64,000 bases of DNA from Azolla caroliniana (Eukaryota > Plantae > Polypodiophyta), in NCBI GenBank assembly GCA_043228905.1, contig JBHGNT010000002.1, positions 24,242,001 to 24,306,000 on the forward strand. Direction: 5' to 3'. Every line of letters begins with the position of its first letter. Within the stretch, counting starts at the first letter, position 1. This document shows positions 11,226 through 21,850 of the stretch, in pieces. Below the pieces are notes generated by a model. It was not told the origin of the DNA. It was given only the letters and a program-made list of their open reading frames with translations, and ran no database searches. The position numbers and the translations under genes are program-made.

Positions 11226-14200
11226 ATGCCTTGTCCGTTTTGGCTACGGATGGCGGATATGAGCTCTGTACGGCCGACGGGCTTAATACGGAAATTGGAA
11301 GTCACCATAGGAGGCCACACATTTCACATCTCGGCTGTAGTGCTGCAGCTACAGGCGCAAGGCGCGTACCCACTGTTGCTGGGCAGACCATGGTTGAAAA
11401 CAGCACACATCAAGCAAAATTGGCGGAAAAATATGATTACCTTCCGGCGCGGAAAAGCCAAGGTCCGGGTTCCGACACAACCACGGACGAGCAACGGTAA
11501 GGAATGCACACCGCTGTATGCGGAATGTGTGAACATGCTTGAAGCATTGGCAGACGACGAAGAAGCCCAGTACTTGGAGGAACACCCGAAGATTGTACCA
11601 CTCTTCGAGATTGACGTAGTTGAAGCCGTAGCGCCATACTTGCCGCAGCGGGACGACACCGAAGCCGAACCAGACAAAGATGCGATTCGGGAATTACGGC
11701 AAGCATAGGAAGCATCCCAACGGGTAAAAGCATCCCAGCTCGACGAAGTGAACCTAGGAAGCAAGGACGAATCAAAGCCGGTTCACATCGCCAAAGAAAT
11801 GAAGCCGGAAGATAAAGCGGCGATGATCAAACTTCTCACGGAGTTTCGCGACGTATTCACCTGGTCATACGAGGACATGCGAGGGCTGGACCCTCAATTA
11901 TATCAGCATCAGATCCACTTAGGCAAGGACGCGAAACCAGTGGCGCAACGACGTTACCGAATGAACCCCAACTACGCCGCCAAAGTGAAGGAGGAAATCG
12001 ACAAACTCCTAAGAGTGGGCTTCATCCGGCCGGTAAAGAAAGCGACGTGGCTGAGCCCCATCGTCGTCGTCCCAAAGAAGAACGGTAAAATCCGCGTGTG
12101 TGTAGATTACAGGAAATTAAATGCAGCCACAATTACGGATGCATTCCCTCTTCCGTTCACGGATGGAGTACTGGATGCCGTCGCCGGCCATGAAGTTTAT
12201 AGCTTTCTAGACGGGTTCAGCGGTTACAATCAAATCCGGATGCACCCGGACGACCAGGAGAAGACAGCGTTCGTCACCAAATGGGGGGTGTTTGTGGCCG
12301 AAGTCATGATGTTCGGCCTAAAAACGGCACCAGCAACGTTCCAGCGAATCATCATGGAGATCTTCGGCGAATACATTCCTGCCTTCATGCAAGTTTTCCT
12401 GGATGATTTTGCAGTCTATAGCCGGGGAAAAGACCATTTGCAGCACCTACGGTTATGCCTTGAAAAGTGTAGGTTATACCGGCTAAGCTTAAACCCAGCA
12501 AAATGCATCTTTGGAGTTTCAAGTGGAATATTGCTGGGACACATTGTAAGTAAGGAGGGCATTGCGGTCGACCCGGATAAAGTAAACGCCATACTAGGGG
12601 CACCGGCACCGAAAACAGCCAAAGCACTAAGCCGATTCTTAGGACAGATCCGGTGGCACAGCCGGATGCTCCGTCACTTGGCGGACTTGGCGACACCATT
12701 ACACACCGCGGTACATCGGACACCGTTCCAATGGACAGATACGGAGGATAAGGCATACAATGCCCTGAAGGTACTTTTGTCGCAAGCACCCGTCGTGCAG
12801 CCTCCGGATTGGAGCAAGGAATTTCACGTGTTCGTTGACGCGTCCGACATCGCTATCGGCAGCGCCTTAATGCAACTTACGGAGCCTAAATGGTACCGGC
12901 CGGTATATTACGCCAGCCGGAAGCTGTCCCAAGCGGAGAAGAACTATTCAACGACGGAACGGGAGGCCCTGGGCATGATCTACAGTGTAACAAAGTTTCG
13001 GCATTACCTATTGGGAAGGAAGTTCTCCTTTCATGTGGATCACTCGGCGCTCCTGTACTTAGTGTCCAAGGCGTCCCTGACCGGTAAGTTGGCCCGTTGG
13101 ACCTTGCTGTTGCAGGAGTTCGAATTCGAGATTTTCCACCGGCCCGGTATCCAGCATGCCGTAGCAGACTATCTGAGCCGATTAGAGTCCGGAGAACCAG
13201 GCGACGGAGTAGCGGATGAATTCCCGAACGCAGAGTTATTCCGTATCACCCCGGAAACGGCAGCGGACGACACGGTGGCATCAGAAGATAGGTGGCTGAC
13301 AAACATGCACTAGTTCCTAAGCACGGGCCTGCCACCAGAGGAAATGAACCGGGACGAGAGGAAACGACTGGCGGTGCAGAGCCGCAATTTCTGTCTGTTA
13401 CGGGACACTCTCTACCACAAGGGAGCAGATGGAATATGGAGACGGGCAGTCCGTAGTGACAAGAAAGAAGTAATCTTACGGGAAGTACACTGTGGGGTTG
13501 CCGGAGGACACTATGTCGGGGAAGCGACGGCAAGGAAAGTATGGCAGAGCGGCTTATGGTGGCCCACGACGTTGAAAGACGCCGTCAAGTATGCTAAGGA
13601 ATGTGACCTATGCCAACGAATGGGCCAGCCTACGGAGCAAGCACGGATGCCACACCAACCGGTACTTCCACTAGAGCCATTCCAGAAGTGGGGGTTGGAT
13701 TTTGTCGGACCGCTCAAGCCACCGGCAATGAGAACGGGTAATCGTTATGTCATCGTGGCAACGGATTATTGCACTAAATGGGTGGAGGCTAAGGCCTTGA
13801 GAGACAATACCGCGTCATCCACAGCAAAATTCCTGTACGAGAACATTTGGTGCCGATATGGATGTCCGATTGAATTAATCAGCGACCAAGGAGGGCACTT
13901 CCTCAGCCAGGTAGTGGAAAGCTTAACAACGTTCTATGCCGTGGTTCATAAACGGAGCACACCGTACTACCCACAAGCGAACGGGTTAGCAGAGTCCACC
14001 AACAAAACGCTGCAGAACATTCTTCGCAAAATCGTCAATGAAAACCGGACGGACTGGGATACAAAGCTCCATAGCGCGCTATGGGCGTACCGAACGGCAT
14101 ACAAAACAAGTATCCGGACAACGCCGTTCCGGTTAGCATTCGGCTTAGAAGCGGTCATGCCGGTCGAGTTTCAGGTACCAAGCTTACGGATCCAACTACA

Positions 14201-14702
14201 GGAACGACTGAATGAAAAGAAGTCGGAGGAAATGCGGCTAGCAGCACTATGCGAACTGGAGGAGCAACGGCTGACCAGCATCCTCCACATGGAACTGGAG
14301 CAACGACGACGGAAAGCGTTCGTTGACCGTCACCAGAAAGGTAATGAAAAGATGTTCGAAATCGGAAAGCCGGTGCTAGTATTCCAAACAAGGATGGGCA
14401 AGATGCCGGGTAAACTCCGGTTCAGATGGACAGGCCCGTATTGGCTGACACGGGAATACAACGGGTCCTATCAGATAGGGACACTTGCCGGTGAAGTACT
14501 AGGCAAGTGGGTGAACGGATTTAGACTAAAGCCCTATAAAGGACCGATGCCAAGTAACCCGTTTATGCAGCTCACTGGCACTATACCGGGAACGGTACGG
14601 CTGGAAGAAAAAGACGACGGGGAACCCGTAGCAGAGGCAAAGGAAGACACGGCAACCCGTAAGGAAAACGGTAAGGGTCCGAAGGGACCTACGGATGTGT
14701 AA
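11223..14702 (+). pseudogene. pol: pol (PR C-half, RT, RNaseH, integrase) of the Athila-like element
   Basis: One frame with in-frame TAG at 11706-11708 and 13311-13313. LLLGRPW, RT motifs, RH VDASDIAIG/EREALG/HVDH, INT HHCC and DDE, GPY. Confidence 0.92.
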
Positions 14703-14716
14703 GATCACATACCGTC

Positions 14717-14751
<35 letters not shown>

Positions 14752-15080
14752 AATCATTAAAAATCGAGGTATGAACGGACGTGAAAGCAAGGAGCGAAAA
14801 GGTACGAAGTGGGCATTTAAGAGCCGCCACGCTACTTAATACTAAATTGGTACACGACGTGTGCATGCTCGAAAAAGGCGCCAAAACGCACAAAGAAGAA
14901 GCAGAACGCATGGAGACCTTTTCATTTCGCGAGCCAAGAAGCACAAAAGCACCAAGGCAGTGGAAGCTGAGCAAACGCGAACCTGCACGCAGAGAACCCC
15001 CACGTTCGGAACGCTCTCTCTCTCGCTCTCACTCTCATCACCACTCTACCTCGCCATCTTCCCTCGACCTCGAAGCAGAC

Positions 15081-17732
15081 ATGGAACCACAAACGCTGTC
15101 GGAAGCGGCCAGGAAATGGTTCAGGCAACACGGACTGGAGGGGTTCTTGGCCATCATGGAGGCACCGCCGCACAGAGAAGCCGACCGGGTCATCAAGGAG
15201 CTCGCCACAGAGGTCATCACCGAGGAAGCGATCCGTGCGCTAACAGGCCTTCCGGAGGGAGGTATCTTCCAGATCGATAACCCAACCTCGGAGCAACTCA
15301 TCCGATATTTCGGTGAGTATTCTGTTGCCGGCAAAGGCTATCGGACGCAGGGCGGCGAAGATCCGCTATTCAGGGAGATAGCTCGAGTGCTCCATGAGTA
15401 CGGCCACGTGTACCCCCGACCCCCTGTCATGCCAAAAAATCGGGCAGGGATGATCATAGCCACCTATGAAGGGATCAAGGTGGACTGGCCGGTGTTGATT
15501 GCAGACGGGTTGTGCGTGGCAATCGACATGGTACGAGGAAAGGACGACAAGGAGGGCCGGAAGCTGTGGCATGCCGTAGCTCAGTGGATAACATTGCTCG
15601 TGCCGCCGGTCGAGACCGTTCAGCCAAAGAAGCGGCCAAGAGTATCGGAAGGAAGCACCTTGAAGCCGGCGTCCAAACGACAGCAGCTGCTGGCGTCGAA
15701 GGCGACGAAAGGGAAGAAACGGCTCTCAGAACCGGAGGAGGTGTCACCGGTCCGACCCGTTAAGATAACCATACGGCGACCGGGACAGAAGGAACCGGAA
15801 CCCTTGACGGCACAGAAACATGCCGTTACACAGGAAGAGGAAACGGAGGAGCCAGAAGAGCACCTCAAACGACGGTCAAGAAGTAGGACCGCCGAGACAG
15901 GGGGGGAGCGGTCGTACCCGCGAGAGGCAGAGACGCCCCCAACTCAACCTGAGCAAACCACAAGGGAGGAACCGGAACCGGTGCGTAGGGAACCGGCCTT
16001 GTCGACTTCTATAGAAGAAGTCATTCCAACGGTTCCGGAGACGGCGAGAACCGGAACTCAACAGCCGGCGAGCCCAGCCAGCACACACGGCGGCCAAGGA
16101 GTAGAACCAGAACGGCATATGCAGGCACTCAGGCCAGACAATTCCACAGTGAATGAGCCGACCCGACCAATACAGCAGCAAGGCACCAGTAGCATGTGGC
16201 TACGGTGGGTAGGAGAGCAAATCGCCGGAGCGGTCGAGTATATAGAGGCGGAGGAGAGAGCGCACCAAGAACGGTTGCTCGTCACAACCGTAGATCTAGA
16301 GACGGCTCGGTCCAGAATCCGGAGCCTTGAACAAGACTTGGACAGGGTCACAAGGGAAATGGCTCAATTGGCCTTGACAACACGAGTCCAAGCACCGGTG
16401 ACTCCGGGCAATGTACAGAATAAGGCGTTAGATCAACCTGTACATAGCAACCAGACCCCGGCAACGGAAACTGTTCCGGAGAGAAATGCGGCACAAGCCC
16501 AAGAGCTGGCGGATTTAAAGGATGAGCTAGCTACCCAAGAAGCGCTGAGGAGCCGCGAAAGAGAATTGAAGACGGCAGCGGAGGCGGAACTCAAAAAGAC
16601 TGCTGAGAATCTACGCCGGGCCGAGGAGAGCTTACGGAAAGGCCACCAAGCGTACGACCGGCTCAAGGAGGAGAAGGAGAAAATGCTGCAAGAGAAGGAG
16701 AGGCTCCGGAGAAACGCCGAAACAGAAGTAGAGCGTCTGAAAGAGGAACTCCGGCAGGTAAAGGACCGGGAGGACCGGAACCATCGCCAGATCAACGGCA
16801 AGCTCAAACAAAAAACGGAGGAATTTGAGCAATTGCACCGGGAGTATAAACGGTTGCAAACGGAGCACAAGGAACGGACGGATGAGCTCCGGCAAGCAGT
16901 TGATCGGACCACAACCGCATTCGCCAAGGAACAAGCGGAAACCAGAAGACGGTTGGAAGAGGCGGAGAAGGTTCGGACAGAGCTCCTCAGGCAACAACAG
17001 GCGGAAAAAGAAAGAGCGGCGGAGGTACTGCAGAGGCTGCAAACGACATATCAAGGGCAGCTGACGCGCTACAGAGAGCAGGCGGAGGATACGGCTAATC
17101 TCATCAAGCAGTTGAAGGAGGAGCGACAAGTTGTGGAAAGCAGAGCGCAAATGGGAGCAAGTCGCATCCAGGATATCATGCGGGCCTGGTTGAACCAGAC
17201 CAAGAGCTTGATTGACAACGGGTCCATCAAATGGTGGACCAAGTGGGCCACGAACGCGACGGAACTCCAATTGCTCCGGGCCGACGTAGAGAACCGGCGG
17301 AAAGAGGGAGATGATTGCTATATGCTGACTTCCGAGGACTTCACCGGCATAAGAGATGAGCTGGCCGAGGACTTTCAAGCCTTGGCAGACGACCAACTAG
17401 GGCAAGTCCGGCAACTTGTAGCTCAGCTGGACGACGACAGGCTGGAGGCGCAGATCCAGTTTGAAAGCTACGAGAGGTCCCGGATCCGGGGAGAGAAAGA
17501 ACGAGAACCGGTTACGGTCAACCTCGGTGATGAGGAACCGTTACGGGAAGGAGACCGGACCGGAAACAGTCAAACGGAGATGCCGGAGTCAGAGAGACAA
17601 ACGGAGCAGCCAGAGGCAGAGAAACAAACGGAGCAGCCGCCTATAGAGCAGCCGGAGCAGCCTCAGTCCCAACCGCAACCACAGCAGCAGCAGCAGCAAG
17701 CACAGCCGCAACAACCACAACCGGAAGAATAA
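15081..17732 (+). CDS. Extra 'env-like' ORF: plant-transposon-type N-terminal domain, long coiled coil, Q/P/E tail
   Basis: Uninterrupted frame 14781-17732; likely start ATG 15081 after a pyrimidine tract and CAG. ITEEAIRALTGLP and KVDWPVLIADGL resemble Athila ORF-1/PMD-like domains. Several hundred residues of E/K/R/Q heptads. Confidence 0.8.
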   Translation: MEPQTLSEAARKWFRQHGLEGFLAIMEAPPHREADRVIKELATEVITEEAIRALTGLPEGGIFQIDNPTSEQLIRYFGEYSVAGKGYRTQGGEDPLFREIARVLHEYGHVYPRPPVMPKNRAGMIIATYEGIKVDWPVLIADGLCVAIDMVRGKDDKEGRKLWHAVAQWITLLVPPVETVQPKKRPRVSEGSTLKPASKRQQLLASKATKGKKRLSEPEEVSPVRPVKITIRRPGQKEPEPLTAQKHAVTQEEETEEPEEHLKRRSRSRTAETGGERSYPREAETPPTQPEQTTREEPEPVRREPALSTSIEEVIPTVPETARTGTQQPASPASTHGGQGVEPERHMQALRPDNSTVNEPTRPIQQQGTSSMWLRWVGEQIAGAVEYIEAEERAHQERLLVTTVDLETARSRIRSLEQDLDRVTREMAQLALTTRVQAPVTPGNVQNKALDQPVHSNQTPATETVPERNAAQAQELADLKDELATQEALRSRERELKTAAEAELKKTAENLRRAEESLRKGHQAYDRLKEEKEKMLQEKERLRRNAETEVERLKEELRQVKDREDRNHRQINGKLKQKTEEFEQLHREYKRLQTEHKERTDELRQAVDRTTTAFAKEQAETRRRLEEAEKVRTELLRQQQAEKERAAEVLQRLQTTYQGQLTRYREQAEDTANLIKQLKEERQVVESRAQMGASRIQDIMRAWLNQTKSLIDNGSIKWWTKWATNATELQLLRADVENRRKEGDDCYMLTSEDFTGIRDELAEDFQALADDQLGQVRQLVAQLDDDRLEAQIQFESYERSRIRGEKEREPVTVNLGDEEPLREGDRTGNSQTEMPESERQTEQPEAEKQTEQPPIEQPEQPQSQPQPQQQQQQAQPQQPQPEE

Positions 17733-17832
17733 TTGGAAACTCTGGAACAAGATATTTTGGACAGTTTGGGTGAACAATGAAGGGGCCGAGAAGGGTTCGA
17801 CGTACAAGGTACTGTCCCACGGGCGTGCCATG

Positions 17833-18251
17833 TGTTACCGGCCGGCAAGGAGTCCAAAATACGGAGTGAAGGAATTAATTATATATGGTTGTAAATGAGC
17901 ATAGTGTGGACGGACGGACTGGAAACGGTATGCCGTTCCAGATCCGGACGGATCCCGAATAGGTGCGATAGGCACCGTTTTGTACTACGGGCCGGAAACC
18001 TATTTAAAGGCCCGGACCCCATTGTAATGGCAGCGGATAATTAATAGAGCTTATGATGTTTGTACTTCTGTCTTGATTTCCGTTCTGTAATTATTGTTAT
18101 ACCTTACGCGTGTAATTAACCAAAGCATTCTAATCGTGTAACCTACGTAAGTCGGTGTAATCGTTGAATCTTAATCCTATGCCGTAATCACCCTTTGGTG
18201 AAGTGTCTCCGTGACACCTTGTGTTAGGCCTTGTCCGGCCAGCGAATAACA
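17833..18251 (+). repeat. 3' LTR of the Athila-like element
   Basis: Copy of 8442-8860 followed by the TSD GGTCC. Confidence 0.97.
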
Positions 18252-18540
18252 GGTCCGGCGGTGTCAGGAGCATATCTTTTCCCTTTTAATATATATACCC
18301 ATATCTATTTGTGCATATTGATGTATTTGGCGGTGTCAGGAGCATAGACCCTTTGTTTCTTGTGCATAAGAGTCGGTGTCACGCACATGCTCTTTCTCTC
18401 TTCCCTCTCTCTCTCTCTCGTGTTCGGTTGCCTCCGGGACGTGTCCGGAGTCGGTTTCTCGGCATCCCTTCCTCCCTCATCCGGGACTCCCGTGGTCCCA
18501 CCCTTTTTGACACGCACACGCGCAATAACGTGACATAATT

Positions 18541-18558
18541 TGGTGAACCCGACGTGAA
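18541..18558 (+). promoter_or_regulatory. Primer binding site complementary to the tRNA-Trp 3' end
   Basis: TGGTGAACCCGACGTGAA. Also at 26263-26280 (-), 34169-34186, 42364-42381 and 51319-51336. Confidence 0.85.
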
Positions 18559-18574
18559 AGGGCGGCAAGGGAGA

Positions 18575-19300
18575 ATGGAGTTGGAAGAATACGACTTCAC
18601 GCAACATTTTGTCGAAGCGGTGAGGGAGTCTGGACAGGCAACAACAAGGAGAGAGACAGCGCAGCAAGCTGTTGAGCGAGTGGTCGAAAGAGTCAGCCGT
18701 TTCAACGGGGAAAACGTCTCATTCTACTTGGAAGCCTACAATGAGGAAATGGAGGAGCAAGGCGTAGACGAGGCATTGAGGTTGGGGTTCTTCGGTCGGG
18801 TCGTTGTCGTCTGCATGCACGCCAAAGTGAAGGAGCTCCGAGAAGCTCATAGTTCATGGGAGGCCTTCGAAGAGGCGCTCCTGCAGGCATCTGGAAGACG
18901 GCGGAAGAGTCGGGGATGACGCAGCCTCGACCAGTGGGTGGCATTGGCGAAGACCCACCAGGGCACAACGAAGGCTTGCTCGGCTCCCGAAGCGGGAGCA
19001 AGGTTTGGTGGGGGCGGACAAAGCCCTGTTGTTCGTTAGGTCGATCGACCAAGCGGAACGGGAGGCTATCGGGATTGAGCTCGAAGACGAGGACGGAGCG
19101 AATGGCCTTACGGAGGCCTAGTCGAAGGTCGGAAGGGTATGCCGACGGCTAGATGACAAGCGAGCCGAGAAGGCTAGGAGGAAGGCGCGCGACGGCGCGC
19201 CATCACATCGGGAAGAGGTCGAACGGCAAAGAGAGTCAGTAAGGTTCGGCTTCTGGGCCAGGATTGCGAAGGCGTATGAAGCTCTCGAGGCAATGCTCAA
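18575..19300 (+). pseudogene. gag: Decayed gag of C1
   Basis: MELEEYDF...VSRFNGENVSFYLEAYNEEM...SWEAFEEALL is homologous to 51357-51806. Frameshifted. Confidence 0.8.
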
Positions 19301-20634
19301 GGAAGAGGAAAAATCGAGGCCGCAAGCCGACGCCGAGGAGACGGACTTGCCCCACGAGATGGCAGAAGATCGGTACGACGGCACCACGAGAGAGCATGCG
19401 GAACAAAACGCCCTCTCGACTTGCAGAGATAGAACGGCCGAGGACAAGGCCGAGATACCGATCGAAGAATCGGAACATTGGGACCGGTGGTTTCGGGCAC
19501 GTCAGCCCGAAACTCCGGACATTGGAGAAGCAAGCCCAGACAGGGCTTGCGCGATCGGGAAAAAAATGGCCACCGACCATGAGGAGCCGGTGGCTACGGA
19601 CAAGGGCGTAAATAGGACGGGCGATTCTACGCGTCTTCCCATGCTTGCTCCCGACACGATAGCAATCGGGGCCGAGTGCCCACATGAGTCCCAAGAGGAG
19701 GAAGGCGGCGGTGTGAGACCGAGAATCGCCGGTGAGACGATACGAGGAAGGAACAGACAAGAGCCCTCAGAACCGATTCCGGAGAACTCGGCATTCGGGC
19801 CCTTACGCCTACGTGAGACCGAGGAGATGGATGACGGTATCAAGGAGTCTTGGCACGATGCCAGCGAAGATGGATGGGAAATGGCCCTCGAGAAGGTCAA
19901 CGAAAGGACCAAGAAACGACCCGACCAGGGACCTAACCGCGCGGCACTCCGATTCAGGTGGAGCACGATCCGGTCGTGGATTGTTTGACCAAGGCGAGAA
20001 TCGGCATGAAGGTGCCGATACGGGAGAGGGGGCAGAACAAGTTGCCCTCTTTTACATGGGGAGAAAGACCGACCGGGCGAAGGTCGGGAATCGGAAGGAA
20101 GGTGATCAAGGGTTCAGAACGAGCTCGGCAGGATCGGCACTGAAACCGAAACTCCGAACATTGGAGAATCAAGCCCAGGCGGGCTTGGTTGATCACAGAG
20201 CGGATGCTATCCACCAGCACCACTAAAAGGGTCGGTGGCCCCGGATGAGTCGTCGAGAGTCGTTACGAAATCAATGTCCCCACATCTTGACAGGAGACAT
20301 CGGCAGTTCAGCCGGTGTGGCAACGTGAGACCGAAAGAGATGGAAGATGGAGGCGGGAGCACAGCAACGAGAACGACGACCAGTCCGGGAGAAGTACAAG
20401 GGACGAAGCGGAGAACGAAGACCGGTCCTATGGGTCACCTCACACCGGGCTAGAGACTCGGCATAAGACCAAGATACTGATGGTGGCGGCAAGCGAACGG
20501 GACTCGGCAATCCAGAGAATGACGGACGAACCCGGACAAGAACCAGGCGAAGCAAACTTCCAGATGACCGATCCGAGAGGGAGGAGAGAGTAGGCCTACG
20601 AAGAGGCCGGGAACACGGTACGTCGGTACCACGG

Positions 20635-21850
20635 TGTCGTGAAGATCCGTCACTATGCGCGGATCATGAGGCGGAACCGCCGGGGTTCTTGACCGGAAGG
20701 ATTCGAAGTTGCACAAGCTTTAGCGAGAAAGTATTTAAGATAGATTGAAAGAGAGAGAGATTGAGATTGAACTCTTAACTTTAAATTTAAAGAATAAGAT
20801 ATATCATCAATTGGATTACAAGTTTCTTATTTGGTCATCCAAAAATTTTACATTAGTCCTTTCATCTTTTTCCTCCCCTCTTTTATAGATGCCCTCATGC
20901 ATTTGAGGGTGCAAGACATGCATAAAATGCATGTTTGCCATTTGGTGCTCATGTATTACATGTGGTGCATGATAACCACCTCACTCATTTAAGGTCTCAT
21001 GTATGAGAATTTACATGTAAAACTATAATGATAAAAATATTATTTCATGAAAATGTCTTGGCTTAGTGGTAATCCTATAGACTCTCAACTTGGAGGTGCA
21101 ATGTTCAAATCTACACTTGTACTACTTGTGTATATATATATATATGTACACATTTATTTATTTATTTATTTATATATCTAACCGGTCGCCGGTTCGCCGA
21201 ATGCCACTGGCTCCGCCGCCAGTTGACGCCTCCATCGCCGGATCTGCCGCCGACCGGCCGGTTCCAGATTGCTTACCGACTGGCCGGTTCCGGATTGCTT
21301 ACCGACCGGTCCCGGTTTGCTTTCCGGCACTGGTTTCAGCTTGCTTTCCGGACGATTCCGCTTTGCTTTTCGGCCGGTCCTGGATTGCTTACCGACCGGT
21401 CCCAGTTTGCTTTCCGGTCGGTCCCGGTTTGCTTACCAGCCGATTCCGGTTTTGGTTTCTAGTTTATCAGCCGATTTCGAATTGATTTCCGACCGATTCC
21501 GGTTTCATTACTGGCCGATTCCATTTTATTTCCAGTCGGTTTATGGGAATTTGGCCACATTCATCCATCTAGACAAAGTGGCAAAAGTGCTCTTAGCACA
21601 AATGAAAAAAAATAAGGGATCTCAATGTGCTTATATTGCCAGGGCCTTAACTTTCCTATCTATGTGAGATATTTCACAGTTTTATTTTTCTTTTTTCTTT
21701 TTTTTTCTTTTGCAAAACTTCATACCCACATAAGTTGACACTTAGATGTTCGTTTCTTATGTAGTAAAGTGCATCTGAAAGCTCTTCAAGACCTCCATCC
21801 TTTTATAGTTTTATGTGATTTTCACACCATTGCCGAAAATCTTCACGACA
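20635..21850 (-). mobile_element. Solo LTR, subfamily D (1216 bp)
   Basis: 12-bp terminal IR TGTCGTGAAGAT/ATCTTCACGACA and 4-bp TSD ACGG. Orientation taken from the PBS-linked copy at 26289-27738. Confidence 0.92.
21052..21120 (+). other. tRNA-like A/B-box module in solo LTR D
   Basis: TGGCTTAGTGG at 21059-21069 and TGTTCAAATC at 21102-21111. Confidence 0.6.

Larger units (their letters stand above)
8442..18251 (+). mobile_element. Young full-length Athila-like (non-chromovirus) Ty3/Gypsy element with an extra 3' ORF
   Basis: 419-bp LTRs at 8442-8860 and 17833-18251, with 2 substitutions seen by eye. 5-bp TSD GGTCC at 8437-8441 and 18252-18256. PBS-like TGGTGACCACG at 8867. RT LDGFSGYNQI and FLDDF, INT KWGLDFVGP. 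Confidence 0.95.

Noticed and set aside
11215-11235. Programmed frameshift in the Athila-like element
   Set aside because: The break falls inside the protease domain with no slippery heptamer. It looks like a small deletion.
14721-14749. Poly(A) tail of a retroposed insertion
   Set aside because: No TSD or inserted body; it directly follows the pol stop. More likely an expanded A tract in the spacer.
19293-19988. Independent 231-aa acidic protein and other short GC-rich ORFs
   Set aside because: Low-complexity continuation of decayed gag or shadow ORFs in GC-rich transposon DNA, with no recognisable domain.
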